A DNA stretch of 37,302 nucleotides from Octopus bimaculoides (taxonomy: Eukaryota). The DNA lies in NCBI RefSeq assembly GCF_001194135.2, contig NC_068989.1, positions 36,527,944 through 36,565,245 of the forward strand, read 5' to 3'. Positions 23,450 to 34,030 of this stretch are shown in pieces. The position numbers were made by a program, and so were the translations under genes. Under the pieces are notes generated by a model. That model saw only the letters and a program-made list of their open reading frames with translations. It had not been told where the DNA came from and did not search any database. How positions within the stretch are numbered: the stretch's first letter is position 1; each line of letters starts with the position of its first letter.

Positions 23450-23770
23450 ACTTCTTTCATTCATTAGACTGGGGCCATACTGATGCACTGCCTCAAATGG
23501 TTTAGTCAAATCAATGCCAGTACTTACTTTTTAGGCCTGGAGCATATTTTATTAGTCTCTTTCTGCCGAACCAGTAAGTTACAGAGATATAAACTAACCA
23601 ACACCAGTTGTCAAGTGGGAGATGCACACACACACAAACAAGCTTCTTTCAATTTCCATCTACCAAATCTACAGTTTTAGTTGGCTCAGGGCTGCAGTAG
23701 AAGAAACTTGTCCAAGGTACCACACAATGGGACTGAACCCACAATCAAACAATGTGGTTGCAAAGCAAGC
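23450..23770 (-). mobile_element. SINE family A, near full length
   Basis: Homologous to 5045-5425 and 15363-15718. Confidence 0.88.
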
Positions 23771-23797
23771 TGTAAGACATCTCTGAACTCTCCATAG

Positions 23798-23963
23798 CAT
23801 TCAGTAGAGAGAGAGCCAGAAATGTATAAGCTCTTGCATGATCATATAGCAAAGAAATTCACCCACTGTTTCAGAACTTTGAATAAGTTCCTTTTACCAA
23901 AGATTTCAGTTGAGCCAAAGCTTCTAAGTGAAAATGAATCGAGGCAAATTGTAGAAACATTAG
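23798..23963 (+). other. Candidate 166-nt exon of an unidentified host gene
   Basis: Acceptor CTCTGAACTCTCCATAG, donor AG|GTAGAT, and 55 open codons: HSVEREPEMYKLLHDHIAKKFTHCFRTLNKFLLPKISVEPKLLSENESRQIVETL. No homology recognised. Confidence 0.3.
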
Positions 23964-23994
23964 GTAGATTCTATCCATTTTGATGTAGTAGACT

Positions 23995-24100
23995 TGTTTG
24001 TGTAGTTAAAGTTTACTTCCCAACCACAGTTTTGGGTTGTCACACTGATACTTTGGGCAAGTGTCTTCTATCACACTGGACCAACCAAAGCCTTATATAT
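23995..24100 (+). mobile_element. SINE family A head, truncated
   Basis: TTTACTTCCCAACCACAG..GGGTT...CTTTGGGCAAGTGTCTTCTATC...ACCAACCAAAGCCTT. Confidence 0.8.
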
Positions 24101-24794
24101 GTGCATGTTTGCGTCTCCTTGTAAAAGTACAGTGTGAACATAGCATGACTGACCCATGTATGTCTTTAGCATAGTTATCTTTCGTTGCATGTATTCAAAC
24201 CGAGTTTCTAACAAGTGCTTTCTTCTGAAGTTACTCAGACCCAGCAAAAGTCGTGGGTAACTGCTCTTCCACGTATAAGCAAGCCATAATTAAGACATAC
24301 AAACCAAAAGCATACCAGGTTACTTGGGATTTTATGATTTTACTGCAATAAGTGTTCATGTCAGTGAGTACATCCTGTCCACCAAACTATAACTTGTGAC
24401 ATATTCAAGAGTAGTGTTTTATAGTTTTCAAATGACAGCACACCAATTTGTATCTGATTACCAAATGATGTATGATGGGAATACAATACCCCCAAGTCAG
24501 TTTTGATTTTGAAATGATCACCCCCTTTTGCTAACAAGTAACCCATAGGTTTTTATTTTCTTTCTATAAGAGGCAATTTCAAATACTAAATCTTTTGGCT
24601 TACATCATTCAGTACATTAACGCTTAAACTACATAAAATTGATGCCATTGGTCCATTCGAGTTACCTCCCTTGGTTCATTCATATACAGTCAATCTAATG
24701 AAAACAAAAACAGCCAGTAATCTAGATCCAAATTTTCATAAGGTTGTTTGTCATTGATTTTAAAATGCAATCAGCCGTTATCACGGTATTTAGA

Positions 24795-25795
24795 GTTATT
24801 CAGTCCAGATGCAAGTCGCTCCTGATCAATCAGAACTATAATGAAAGGCATTCCAATCATAATCATCTAGTTTGCGAGTATTTCAGGTCCTAATACACTG
24901 TTCCGCGCATCATATTAAAGACGATAGGATGTGATGTGATTGTTATTTCAAGCATGTCAAGAGACCATGTAGAGGCATCTTCTTAGGCTCAGATTGTCAC
25001 AACTTGAAACCACGGTATTCCGAGCAATGAAGTTTATGATGTCAACTTTTGTGAACTGAATTTACACACATACACTCCAATGAAAAGTAACAAAAATATA
25101 GTTCTGTTGTTAATAAATATTAGTAAAAATATAGTTATGTTGTTAAGAGATGAAATACTTTCAACATAATGACTATGGTTACACTAAGAAAAAAAAAGGC
25201 TGAACTAGTTGGAACAGTTCAGACACATAATCAACTGCAAATGATCGATATGTAATATTTGAGTATCAATGATTTCACTTTAAAAGTAGTAACAGTTATG
25301 TCGTTTAGCCCCAGGTCAACTGTGATTCATGTCTATCCTTTTATTTATTTTATTTTACTTTTTTTTTGTCTACCGTTTATCCCAAATGCTTTAAATAAAA
25401 GATATGAGGCATTAGACACTGTCTCGTTTCTTTCTTTTAAACTTGAAGAGATATATGGCTGCTATTTCTAAAATACCTAATTACCACGTAGCAGCTGGTT
25501 GCCTTATTCCTTTGCAAGAATTGAAATAAAAATCGAAGATTTATATAATTAAGCCGACGGAACTAAATTAAAATACACATATTAGAGCAAAAGAAAAAAT
25601 GAAACGGGAGGAAAAAGAAAAATGTTATGTTAATAAGTTCAAATGCATTCCAGTCGCGACCATCCCATCTTTTTAAGAGTATCAAGCACTACACTCATTA
25701 TCTACCTTTTTTAAGATGGTAAGATGTAATAAGAGAGATATGGCTACTATTTCTAGCCAGTTGAGCGGCTACTTGGATGTTGCCTCATTGGCTAG
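24795..25795 (+). repeat. Three co-oriented copies of dispersed repeat family B (about 24795-24982, 25300-25490, 25640-25795)
   Basis: Shared motifs: GCATTCCA.TC (first and third copies) and GAGATATATGGCTGCTATTTCTA / GAGATATGGCTACTATTTCTAGC / GTGATTGTTATTTCAAGC followed by ACCACGTAG / ACCATGTAGAGG in the first two. Confidence 0.65.
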
Positions 25796-26449
25796 TCATT
25801 ATATATACATATATATAAATATATATATTGCACCAAATCAAAATTTCGACAGATTTGTCCTTGACTGCAAGGTGTGTGAGTGTAGAAGAGGAAACACGTG
25901 ATCACAACCAGCTCTTTAAAGCCGGTAAAATAGATTCTTGGCTCTTTCCGCTTTCTGCAGAACAAAGTAAATATATCAAACAGCGACGCCGTTCTATTTT
26001 GTTGTGGTTTCATGTAAATTAGTTTAACTACTTTTCATTATCTTAATCAACAAGAAAAATACAGAGATAGAGACCGAACAGTAGTAGCTGTTTTTCACTA
26101 CTAGTTGATACACCCACTAAAATAACAAGAGGCTTTAATAAGTGATAAGAAATTGAAAGGGGCGTTGTGACAGGCTAGTCGTTAAGAAAGTGTGTGTGTG
26201 CAATATATACACTCAATTTGTCAATAAGTTTTAATATGCAGACGTATATACGTACATCATACATATAGTTTTCCCTATATTAATAAAGTGGTTTTTAAGA
26301 AATAAATTTGAGTGAACTGACCTCGCAAAATATCTTCAACTAACCAATTAATTACAAGTATGATAAAATTACACTATGACATTTCAAACTCGACTTACAT
26401 AGGAAACTGAATTTAGTTCTAGAAATTAAATTTCTTCAAGTTAAACATA

Positions 26450-26630
26450 TTTAAGTGAAGGGAAACAGACGATTACACGACTCCTTCATTTGATTTGTAC
26501 TTTATTTTACCAACCCAAAGAAAATAAAAATTGACCTCGGTGGGATTCGAAACTCGGAGTAAAAAGAAACAAGACTAAATGCTGCATAACTTGTTTGCCC
26601 GATGCTCTATCGATTCCGCTATTCATCATG
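26450..26630 (-). mobile_element. SINE family D (tRNA head plus Deu/Nin-like core) with CpGs retained
   Basis: Reverse complement TAGCGGAATCGATAGAGCATCGG (A-box-like)...GAGTTTCGAATCCCACCGAGGTCAA (B-box-like)...GGTAAAATAAAAGTAC. Confidence 0.75.
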
Positions 26631-27743
26631 TTGTAGCAATAGCAATGGTTTCTAAAGACACAAGGGGTGAAGATAGTTGTGTATAGAGACACCTTCCTGT
26701 CTGTGTGTGTGGACCTAATCGATTTTAGAGAGCCTCAATATTTGACTGGTACATAACTATTGATTTCCGAGTGATTAACAGTAAAGTGATCAATGAGTTG
26801 TAGAAATATGGAGATGATAAAATAAAACCTAGCTTATGGTTGCATATATCTTCTACTAGTGGTATAAAGACAGGACAAAGATTCCTTATTTATCGCTGCG
26901 ACTGTAGAACACTTTACAAGAAAGCAACGGCAGACTAGTACTGTCCATTAAAGAAGCAAGACATGTCAATTACGATGTGTCAACAAGACATAACATAGAT
27001 ATGGAGGAGCTGTGCCAATAACAATGATAATATTATTGTGATGGACATTTAAGATTCTTGTCTTTGGTTCACATCACGAAAGAAACGTAGCAGAAGGAAA
27101 AGATCAGAGTAGTTTACAAGGCTTTTAGAACTGGTACAGAAGGGTGTGTATCTGTATTAAAAATAAATATTGCGATACTATGAGAATAATATTTAAAAAA
27201 AGTATGACAGAAGCAGCCTTCCTTGGCCACGAGAGAAACTCGCAACACAAACATAAAAGTATATTTACATACTGACACACAGACCCATACCTATATTTAT
27301 GTCAGTGTGTGTGTATAATCGCGAAGTAGCTAGAACCGACCGCGAAGAATAAGGAAGCAATGAAAACATCTGAAAAGTTGTAATCGACATATTTTATATA
27401 CAACAGAACCCATATCAACCATCCATACATATATTATACAACCCATTACATGTACACATATATATGCAACCCACTATACACACGTAGATGTTACATATAC
27501 ATTTTTATACAACATGTTACAGAACATTATGCACACTCACACCCATATAGACATGTATATATATATGTAGGATTATTAATAGACACGTATCTTATTAGAG
27601 AGCGGAGAGAACAGAAACAGATGCTGGAATTGAGTCACAAGAAAAAATCATGATATTAATTGAGGAGAAAATTTTTCACGGAAACAAATGAATAAATAAA
27701 ATGAAATTCAACCAAAAAGTCCATTAAAGATGCTACATTGCCA

Positions 27744-27800
27744 ACTTACCATTGTGACTGGAGCTGAATTAGCTTTTTTTTAAAAAAAAAACCTAATAGA
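27744..27800 (-). other. Candidate first-exon end with ATG|GTAAGT donor
   Basis: The minus strand reads GCTAATTCAGCTCCAGTCACAATG|GTAAGTTGG, a full consensus donor inside the CpG-rich domain. Confidence 0.35.
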
Positions 27801-28127
27801 GACGAAGACTGTTGTGCTATTTGTTTTAACAGTCGACACTTAATGTCCAGAGAAAATAAAGAAGAAACAGAGAAAGCCGAAGAAGAGGTAAAAAAGCGAC
27901 GATGTCCTCCTCCTCGTTGTTGCCACTAAAGATGGCTTCTTCATCCGGGACCTGAGGAATTCCCAATCTCGTTTAAACCAATCCAAAATTGTGTTACTAT
28001 TTACTTCCATATATGGAACGACGGCTAGCAACAAACCGGCCTCCCCTTCCTCCCTCCGTCTCACAGATGTGTGTTTTTAAAATTGTTTAAAAAGAAAGGA
28101 AAAAGTGAATAATTGTGGCTGAAGGGA

Positions 28128-28480
28128 GAGTAAATTTATTACCAGAAGGAGGGTGGTGTTACCGATAGAGGTGGTTGAAGGGGGAAAGAAAGAGTAATTT
28201 TATACAGGGAGAAATGTAGTGTCAGTGGCGATGGTGGTAGCTAGAGAGAGAGACAGACAGACAGAGTAATGTTATACACGGAGCAAGGTAGCTTAATGCT
28301 GTAGGTGGTGATGATGGCGGCAGAAGAGTGCGAGAGAGAGTAATTTTACACACGGAGGAAGGTGGTGTCAATAATGATGGTGGCAGGAGGGAGAATTAAA
28401 ACACAGGGAGGAAGGTGGTGGTGATTAAAGAGAAAGTCTAAGATAAAACAGGGAGAATGGTGGTGTTTTATGAGAGCGTG
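28128..28480. repeat. Degenerate tandem array of about six 40-75 bp units
   Basis: Units begin GAGTAA(T/A)TTTATACA.GGAG..AGGTGGTG at about 28128, 28192, 28264, 28338, 28391 and 28441. Confidence 0.75.
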
Positions 28481-29380
28481 TCTTTAAAAAAGGGATGGTG
28501 ACGATGACTGGAAAGCGCAATAAAGAAGCAGATGATGGCAGTGAATGGAAAGTACGTAGAGGAAGGCTTAGGATAATATTTGAGGGTATTTGACTGCTAT
28601 TTTTAACAGATCAAGTGACTTTGTAATGGTCAGAGGGGGAGAAGACGGTCTATTTATTTACGAACGATTAAGAGAAAGAATATAGGAATCTTAAGTTTTG
28701 TACTAATGAGACGGAAGAAGAAAGAATTGGTGAACGAAGAGGAAGAGCTGCAGGTAGAGAAAAGAAGAGAGTGAAATAAATGTAAATTATAACAAGAGGT
28801 TGCACTCCATATAAACATACACACGTTGACGTATACTCATGTACATTTACAAATCGTAAAAGAGACAATGACAAAGCATCAGTTAAAGCTCCCAACTGGA
28901 GGTTATCCTGACCGACGGTGCGCCAAGATCCCCTGCACCTTCAATATCTTCGCCAAAAAAATAACCCCTAAACCTGTGCGACTGTCCTCTTCTGTGTTTC
29001 ACACACTTCGTTCCGATCCAAACTAGGCCCCCCACATATCTTCTGAACAAGTGCGCCACACACCCTGTTTCTCTCCAAGGCACAAGTCTCTCACTTCTTT
29101 TGTGTACTTCATCTCTGTTGTCCAAACTACACTATACCCTCAAAACTTCACTTTGCACATATGTAGGATTCTCCTCTTATCGCCAGTCACTTCTCTTGTC
29201 TAGACTTTCCAGTTTCTGTTTTAAAGTCTCCCAATCCCATTCTCTAAATACATCTGCTTCCTCTACTGCTCTCCGAACTTCTAACAACTTTTTCTGCATC
29301 ACAGACACACGCATCTTTGTTACAGCTCTGTCTCGGAAGTCATCGACCTCTGTCAGTTCAATATTTACATATTCACAAAT

Positions 29381-29478
29381 CTTCTTCTTCTTCTTCTTCT
29401 TCTTCTTCTTCTTCTTCTTCTTCTTCTTCTTCTTCTTCTTCTTCTTCTTCTTCTTCTTCTCTCTCTCTCTCTCTCTCT
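29381..29478. repeat. (CTT)26 followed by a (CT)n tract
   Basis: Direct reading; source of the poly-F, poly-S and poly-R ORFs. Confidence 0.97.
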
Positions 29479-29779
29479 GAAACTGCTGATAAAAAATAAA
29501 TGCAAAACGAATTTCGTTCCTCGCCTATTTACAACAACCGTTTGCATCCCTGACATGCATCCCTGATCAACACACAGCTACTCCACACACCTTGGGTCTC
29601 TTTCTCACATCCCAACACAATCTCTTCACTATTTCTGCTCCTATCAAATTGTCTTGTCACTATCTCCTCTCAATTATCCACCAAACATTTACATACTAGG
29701 CAATATTCTCCACACATCTTTCATACTCTATGACACTTCAAGTCAGTTGAACAGTCAGAATTTTGTCATTTTTGTTCTA

Positions 29780-31006
29780 CAGGGTGCTTGGGCTACATTT
29801 GACACTTTGCATAAAAGGAAAAGAAAATACAAAATCCCATCCAAAAATAAAAGTATTTCTTAAAAAATAAAAATTATCAACTAGATTAAAGCTGGGAGAT
29901 AATAGTTCATTCAAAGGAGCTGCCTTCAGTTTCCACCACACCCTCAAAATGGCTCTGGAACATGGTAATGCATTCTTCACTCTGTCTCCTTGATTTTGGC
30001 CACCAGCTCAGCATTAGTGTTGCAACTGTACCCCACATATAGTAATCCATGGGATTACGGTCAGAGGCCAGAAATTGGACTTGGTGATGTTATAGAAAGT
30101 CTCTAACAACCACTTCTAACTCTTTCGGAGGTATGGCAAGGAGCAAAATCTTGCTGCAACACATGGCTTTCTAGCAGCAACCTCTTCAGCCAAGGTTTGA
30201 CCACAGTCTCCAGGAGTTTCAGATAGCTACCTGAATTAAGCCTATGGCCCTGTTCAAAGATGTGGGGTGGCATGACATCACTCTTGTTAGAGACACACCC
30301 AAAGACCATCACAGTTTGGGGGAACATAGTTTTTATGATATGTAAGACATCACATGGATTGTAGGCAAGCCACATATTGGCCTGTATGTTGTGCAACTGG
30401 TCCTTGTAGAAGTTCTTTTCATCTGAGAAAAAACAGATCATCCTTGACTTAACAGGATGACTCAGCTTGTTCAGGATTATTTACCTTCATGAAGTGGTTC
30501 TCCTTGGCCTTGGCTGTCAGAATTTATCCCTTGTGCCTCTTGTACAAATGATAGCAAAAATACTCATTTGGGACCAGCTTCATGGTAGCAACTCCAACAC
30601 TCACCTCTCTTGTCTTAGCCTGAATTCCTTTGCTTGGATCTTCTATTACTTTGTCTTGTAGATGTTGAATAAATTCTGGCAGGAGGACATTATCAGAATG
30701 CCTATTGTGTCCCTTGCTGCTGGCCATGGATTTGTAGTCTTTGTTATAGCTCTGTCCATATCATGTCTTAAAGCATTTACAATATTCACAGAGTATTGAG
30801 CAGCAACCATGATGTCAACATTTTGATACCCAGCACAAATTATCATGATACATGATGGCTTCAAGTCCTCTGTGTCAGCTAACTTTTTCTCAGCTATAGC
30901 TTTAATCTTTATACTCTCTAATGCCATTCACTATTCATCAATATATTGAGCTGTTCTTGAGACAAAGGAGACATAAAAAATTGTCAAATTTAGCCCAAAC
31001 ACTCTA
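29780..31006 (-). mobile_element. Near full-length Tc1/mariner element of maT (DD37D-like) type with a disrupted transposase
   Basis: TIR CAGGGTGCTTGGGCTACATTTGACAC (29780-29805), preceded by TA, pairs with TTGTCAAATTTAGCCCAAACACTCTA (30981-31006). ORF pieces contain FFSDEKNF, VMVFGCVS, QQDFAPCH and (frameshifted) NPMDYYMWG. Confidence 0.9.
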
Positions 31007-31036
31007 CAACTCTACACACACACACACACACACACA

Positions 31037-31485
31037 TGTTAGCATGGTGGGCAAAATGCTTCATGGCATGTCTTCCTACTTTTTACTCTGAGTTCAGTTG
31101 CCACCAAGGTCAGCCTTACCTTTTAATTATTCCGGGGTCAATAAAATAAGTACCAGTTGAACACTGGGGTTGATGTAATTGACTAGCCTCCAACCCCAAA
31201 AGTGCCTATGTAATTTTGATGGTGCTAGATTGACAGAATCACTAGAGCATAATGGTAGTTTGGCAAAATTCTTAGATCATTTGTTGAATTAACAGAATGG
31301 TGGTGAGCCGACAGAATTGTTAGGACAGCTAGTTCTTTATGTTCTAAGTTCAAATCTCATCAAGGTCAACTTCGTCTTTCATTCATCCAGGATCAATAAC
31401 AATGAAATATTTGTCCAGTACTAGAATCAATGGTATCGGCTAAACCCCTCCCGTCACAATTGGCTTGTGCCTAAATTAGGAACAT
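31037..31485 (+). mobile_element. Cluster of family D SINEs (31037-31210, a partial head at about 31225-31290, and 31295-31485)
   Basis: Cores CAAGGTCAGCCTTACCTTTT...CCGGGGTCAATAAAATAAGTACCAGTTGAACACTGGGGTTGATGTAATTGAC and CAAGGTCAACTTCGTCTTTCATTC. Confidence 0.8.
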
Positions 31486-31599
31486 TGAGGTGTATGATTT
31501 TCTTTGGTAAAAAATTTGGTGTGGGGATCACAACATTAAGTATGTTAGCCCTCCACCCCACTTAACTATATGTTCTTCTTGCAGAAGGCATCTCTGGTA

Positions 31600-31790
31600 T
31601 CTTTTACTTGTTTCAGTTATTGGAGGGTTTAGTTTCACAAATCAACCCCAATACTTATTTATTTCCCTCTTAAGCCTGGTACTCATTCTAATGGCTGCTC
31701 TTTGCTAGACTGCTAAGTTATGGGGATGTAAAGAAACCAACACCAGTTGTCAAGTGGTATGAGGGACAAAGACACACACACACATATATA
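31600..31790 (-). mobile_element. SINE family A tail segment
   Basis: Homologous to 15363-15550 (CTGCTAAGTTA...GATGTA...ACCAGTTGTCAAG...GAGGGACAAAGACAC). Confidence 0.75.
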
Positions 31791-32330
31791 ATAAAGAACA
31801 TGGGTATTGACCTGGTACTCCTTTATTTCATCTGTTACATATGTTTCAGTATTCAGTAATACATTGCATCACACAATAGATGCAACCAGTAGATGCACTC
31901 AATAGGGTCTGCAAGGTAAGCAAAAACATCATTACACAGTAAAAGAGAAAATACAAGTACTAGATCAGCAGCAACCAAATTTAAACACACAAAAGGTTCA
32001 AGCCAGAGGTGGAGGGGGAGATAGAGGAGGTAGGTTTGGGAAACTGACTGACATAACCAGATTGGACTGGTGTTTGTTAAGGTAGGAGTTAGTTACTGGG
32101 CACAGAATTGGGACTTACATTGCATTTACTTCGCCTTATGTGAGGGTTGGGGTGAGTGGGAAGATTGCAAGTAAGCAGGATAATGGGGTGCAATAAACTG
32201 CAGGGAGCTAATGGCATTACCACAATCTCAAACGACACATCTACTATATATATATTGATAGTAATGGTAAGACAACAAAAGAATGAAAGAGATCTCATTA
32301 TTATGTAAATAGAGGAATTTATCTATAAAT

Positions 32331-32718
32331 ATAATATGTGACAATCATTCGGTAGCCATGATAAAACTCCGAGTTTCAGATGTCGGGGCGGAAACCCACA
32401 TCAGCATCTCTTCAGTTATCTGGCCATCAAAAGATACTATGAAAATGACTGTTAAACAAAGAGAAATTACTATGTGATTGACTGTTATTAAGACAAAAGA
32501 GCTATTAGAATGACCACTAAATAAGAAGAGGGAGTAAAAGGTAAAGGAGTAAAAATGCTCATAACAATCGCATAAGCGTGCATGTCCATACATACACATG
32601 CATGCGGTCATTTTCATAGCATTTTCTGATGGCCTGATAACTGAAGAGATGCCGGTGCAGGTTTCCACATCGACATCCAAAACTCGGAGTTTTATCATGG
32701 CTACCAAATAATTGTCAC

Positions 32719-32725
<7 letters not shown>
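32331..32725. mobile_element. Foldback MITE with about 121-bp inverted arms and a 153-bp spacer, in a TA context
   Basis: 32331-32451 (ATAATATGTGACAATCATTCGGTAGCCATGATAAAACTCCGAGTTT...) is the imperfect reverse complement of 32605-32725. Confidence 0.92.
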
Positions 32726-32807
<82 letters not shown>

Positions 32808-32822
32808 ATACATATATACATA
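32722..32822. repeat. (TA)n-(CA)n compound microsatellite
   Basis: Direct reading. Confidence 0.95.
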
Positions 32823-32826
32823 AATA

Positions 32827-33700
32827 CAGGGTGTGATGGGTAAATTGTCACCATTTTATATTTTCAATTTTTCACATGTGCATTGTTTGTTTTTGATTTT
32901 GTCAACTACACAGTATAGTAGGATTGGTTGGGTACTGTCTGTGAGAAAAACACCACTGTGACACAATTCACTCTGTCAGAAATTTGGAAATGACATGCTG
33001 TATTGCTTGGCATTCATGCCAGAAGCTCCAGTATGAACAGACAGAACACACAGATCAACCGTTGACTTCCTGTGTCCCAAAACATGTACCAAGAGTGAGA
33101 AAAATCAAATATCCAGTCAACATCATGGTGTTTGGAGTGATCATTAGTGATAACGATATTATGTCTCCATTCATCTCCCCACATGGCCTCAGACACAAAG
33201 CATAGGCCTACATCAAGTGGCCAGAGGAGGTAGTGCTGCCCTAGGTCAAGAGGGTCACTGCTGAAAGACCTTATGTCTGGCAACAGGACTCTGCACCATG
33301 CCACACAAGCATTAGAACCCAGACATGGCTGTCAGATAATTTCTGCAACCACATCACCCCTAATATCTGGTCACCTAACTTCCCTAGACTACAACCCCCT
33401 TGATTATTATGTGTGGGGCACAGTTGAGCGAGAGACCAATGAAACTCCTTGTAACACCAAAATGAACTGAAGGCAAGGATTATGGTAGCATTCACCCACT
33501 TAAACAAGGAGACCAGAAGAGTTGCAGGAGATTCCAAAGTCGTCTGGAGGCTGTGGTTGAAGCCAATGGCGATTTTATTAAATAAATTTGCTCTTTAGTA
33601 TTTCAAGATATTTTTATGTAATTTTGGTTAATATATCTGCTAAAATGAGATGTCAGTGTTATTTTCATTTTTGCATAATTTAGATGACAATATATTCACT
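32827..33700 (+). mobile_element. Internally deleted maT/DD37D Tc1/mariner element
   Basis: Starts TA|CAGGGTGTGATGGG. Encodes PVNIMVFGVI...PYVWQQDSAPCHTS...IWSPN..DYNPLDYYVWG, with 37 residues between the second and third Asp after correcting a 1-bp insertion. The HTH and first Asp are missing, and the right end is degenerate. Confidence 0.88.
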
Positions 33701-33962
33701 AGTGAGACATCTCTATCAAGGTACCTGGATAGACTTAGACTGTTGGGTTGGAATATATATTGTACCTAATGATCTAATATGAAATCCATGGCCTATTAAT
33801 ACTATTACCCTAACAGTTACTGTGGAGTTCTTGAAGTAGATCCAACAGAAGTGTACCACAATTGCAGATGACAACAGGTAGCCTAAACTGTGCCGGTGCT
33901 CTACTCAACATTTAAACACACTAATCAAATTATACATTTTTGTCCAAATTATTATTATTGTG

Positions 33963-34016
<54 letters not shown>

Positions 34017-34030
34017 AACACACACATATA
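33963..34030. repeat. (CA)n microsatellite
   Basis: Direct reading. Confidence 0.95.

Larger units (their letters stand above)
24750..29550. promoter_or_regulatory. CpG-retaining domain, probable unmethylated promoter region
   Basis: Rough manual count: about 20-25 CG per kb at 27-28 kb versus about 2-5 per kb at 12-13 and 18-19 kb. The promoter reading is inferred from the known mosaic gene-body methylation of molluscs. Confidence 0.55.

Noticed and set aside
26530-26625. tRNA gene suggested by A-box and B-box motifs
   Set aside because: No cloverleaf or terminator is evident, and it continues into a SINE core, so it is a SINE head.
27840-28064. 74-aa ORF resembling a type II membrane protein N-terminus
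   Set aside because: It stops immediately after the hydrophobic stretch with no donor in between; more likely pyrimidine-rich 5' UTR.
28128-28480. CRISPR-like repeat-spacer array
   Set aside because: Eukaryotic context, degenerate non-palindromic repeats, related low-complexity spacers and no cas genes.
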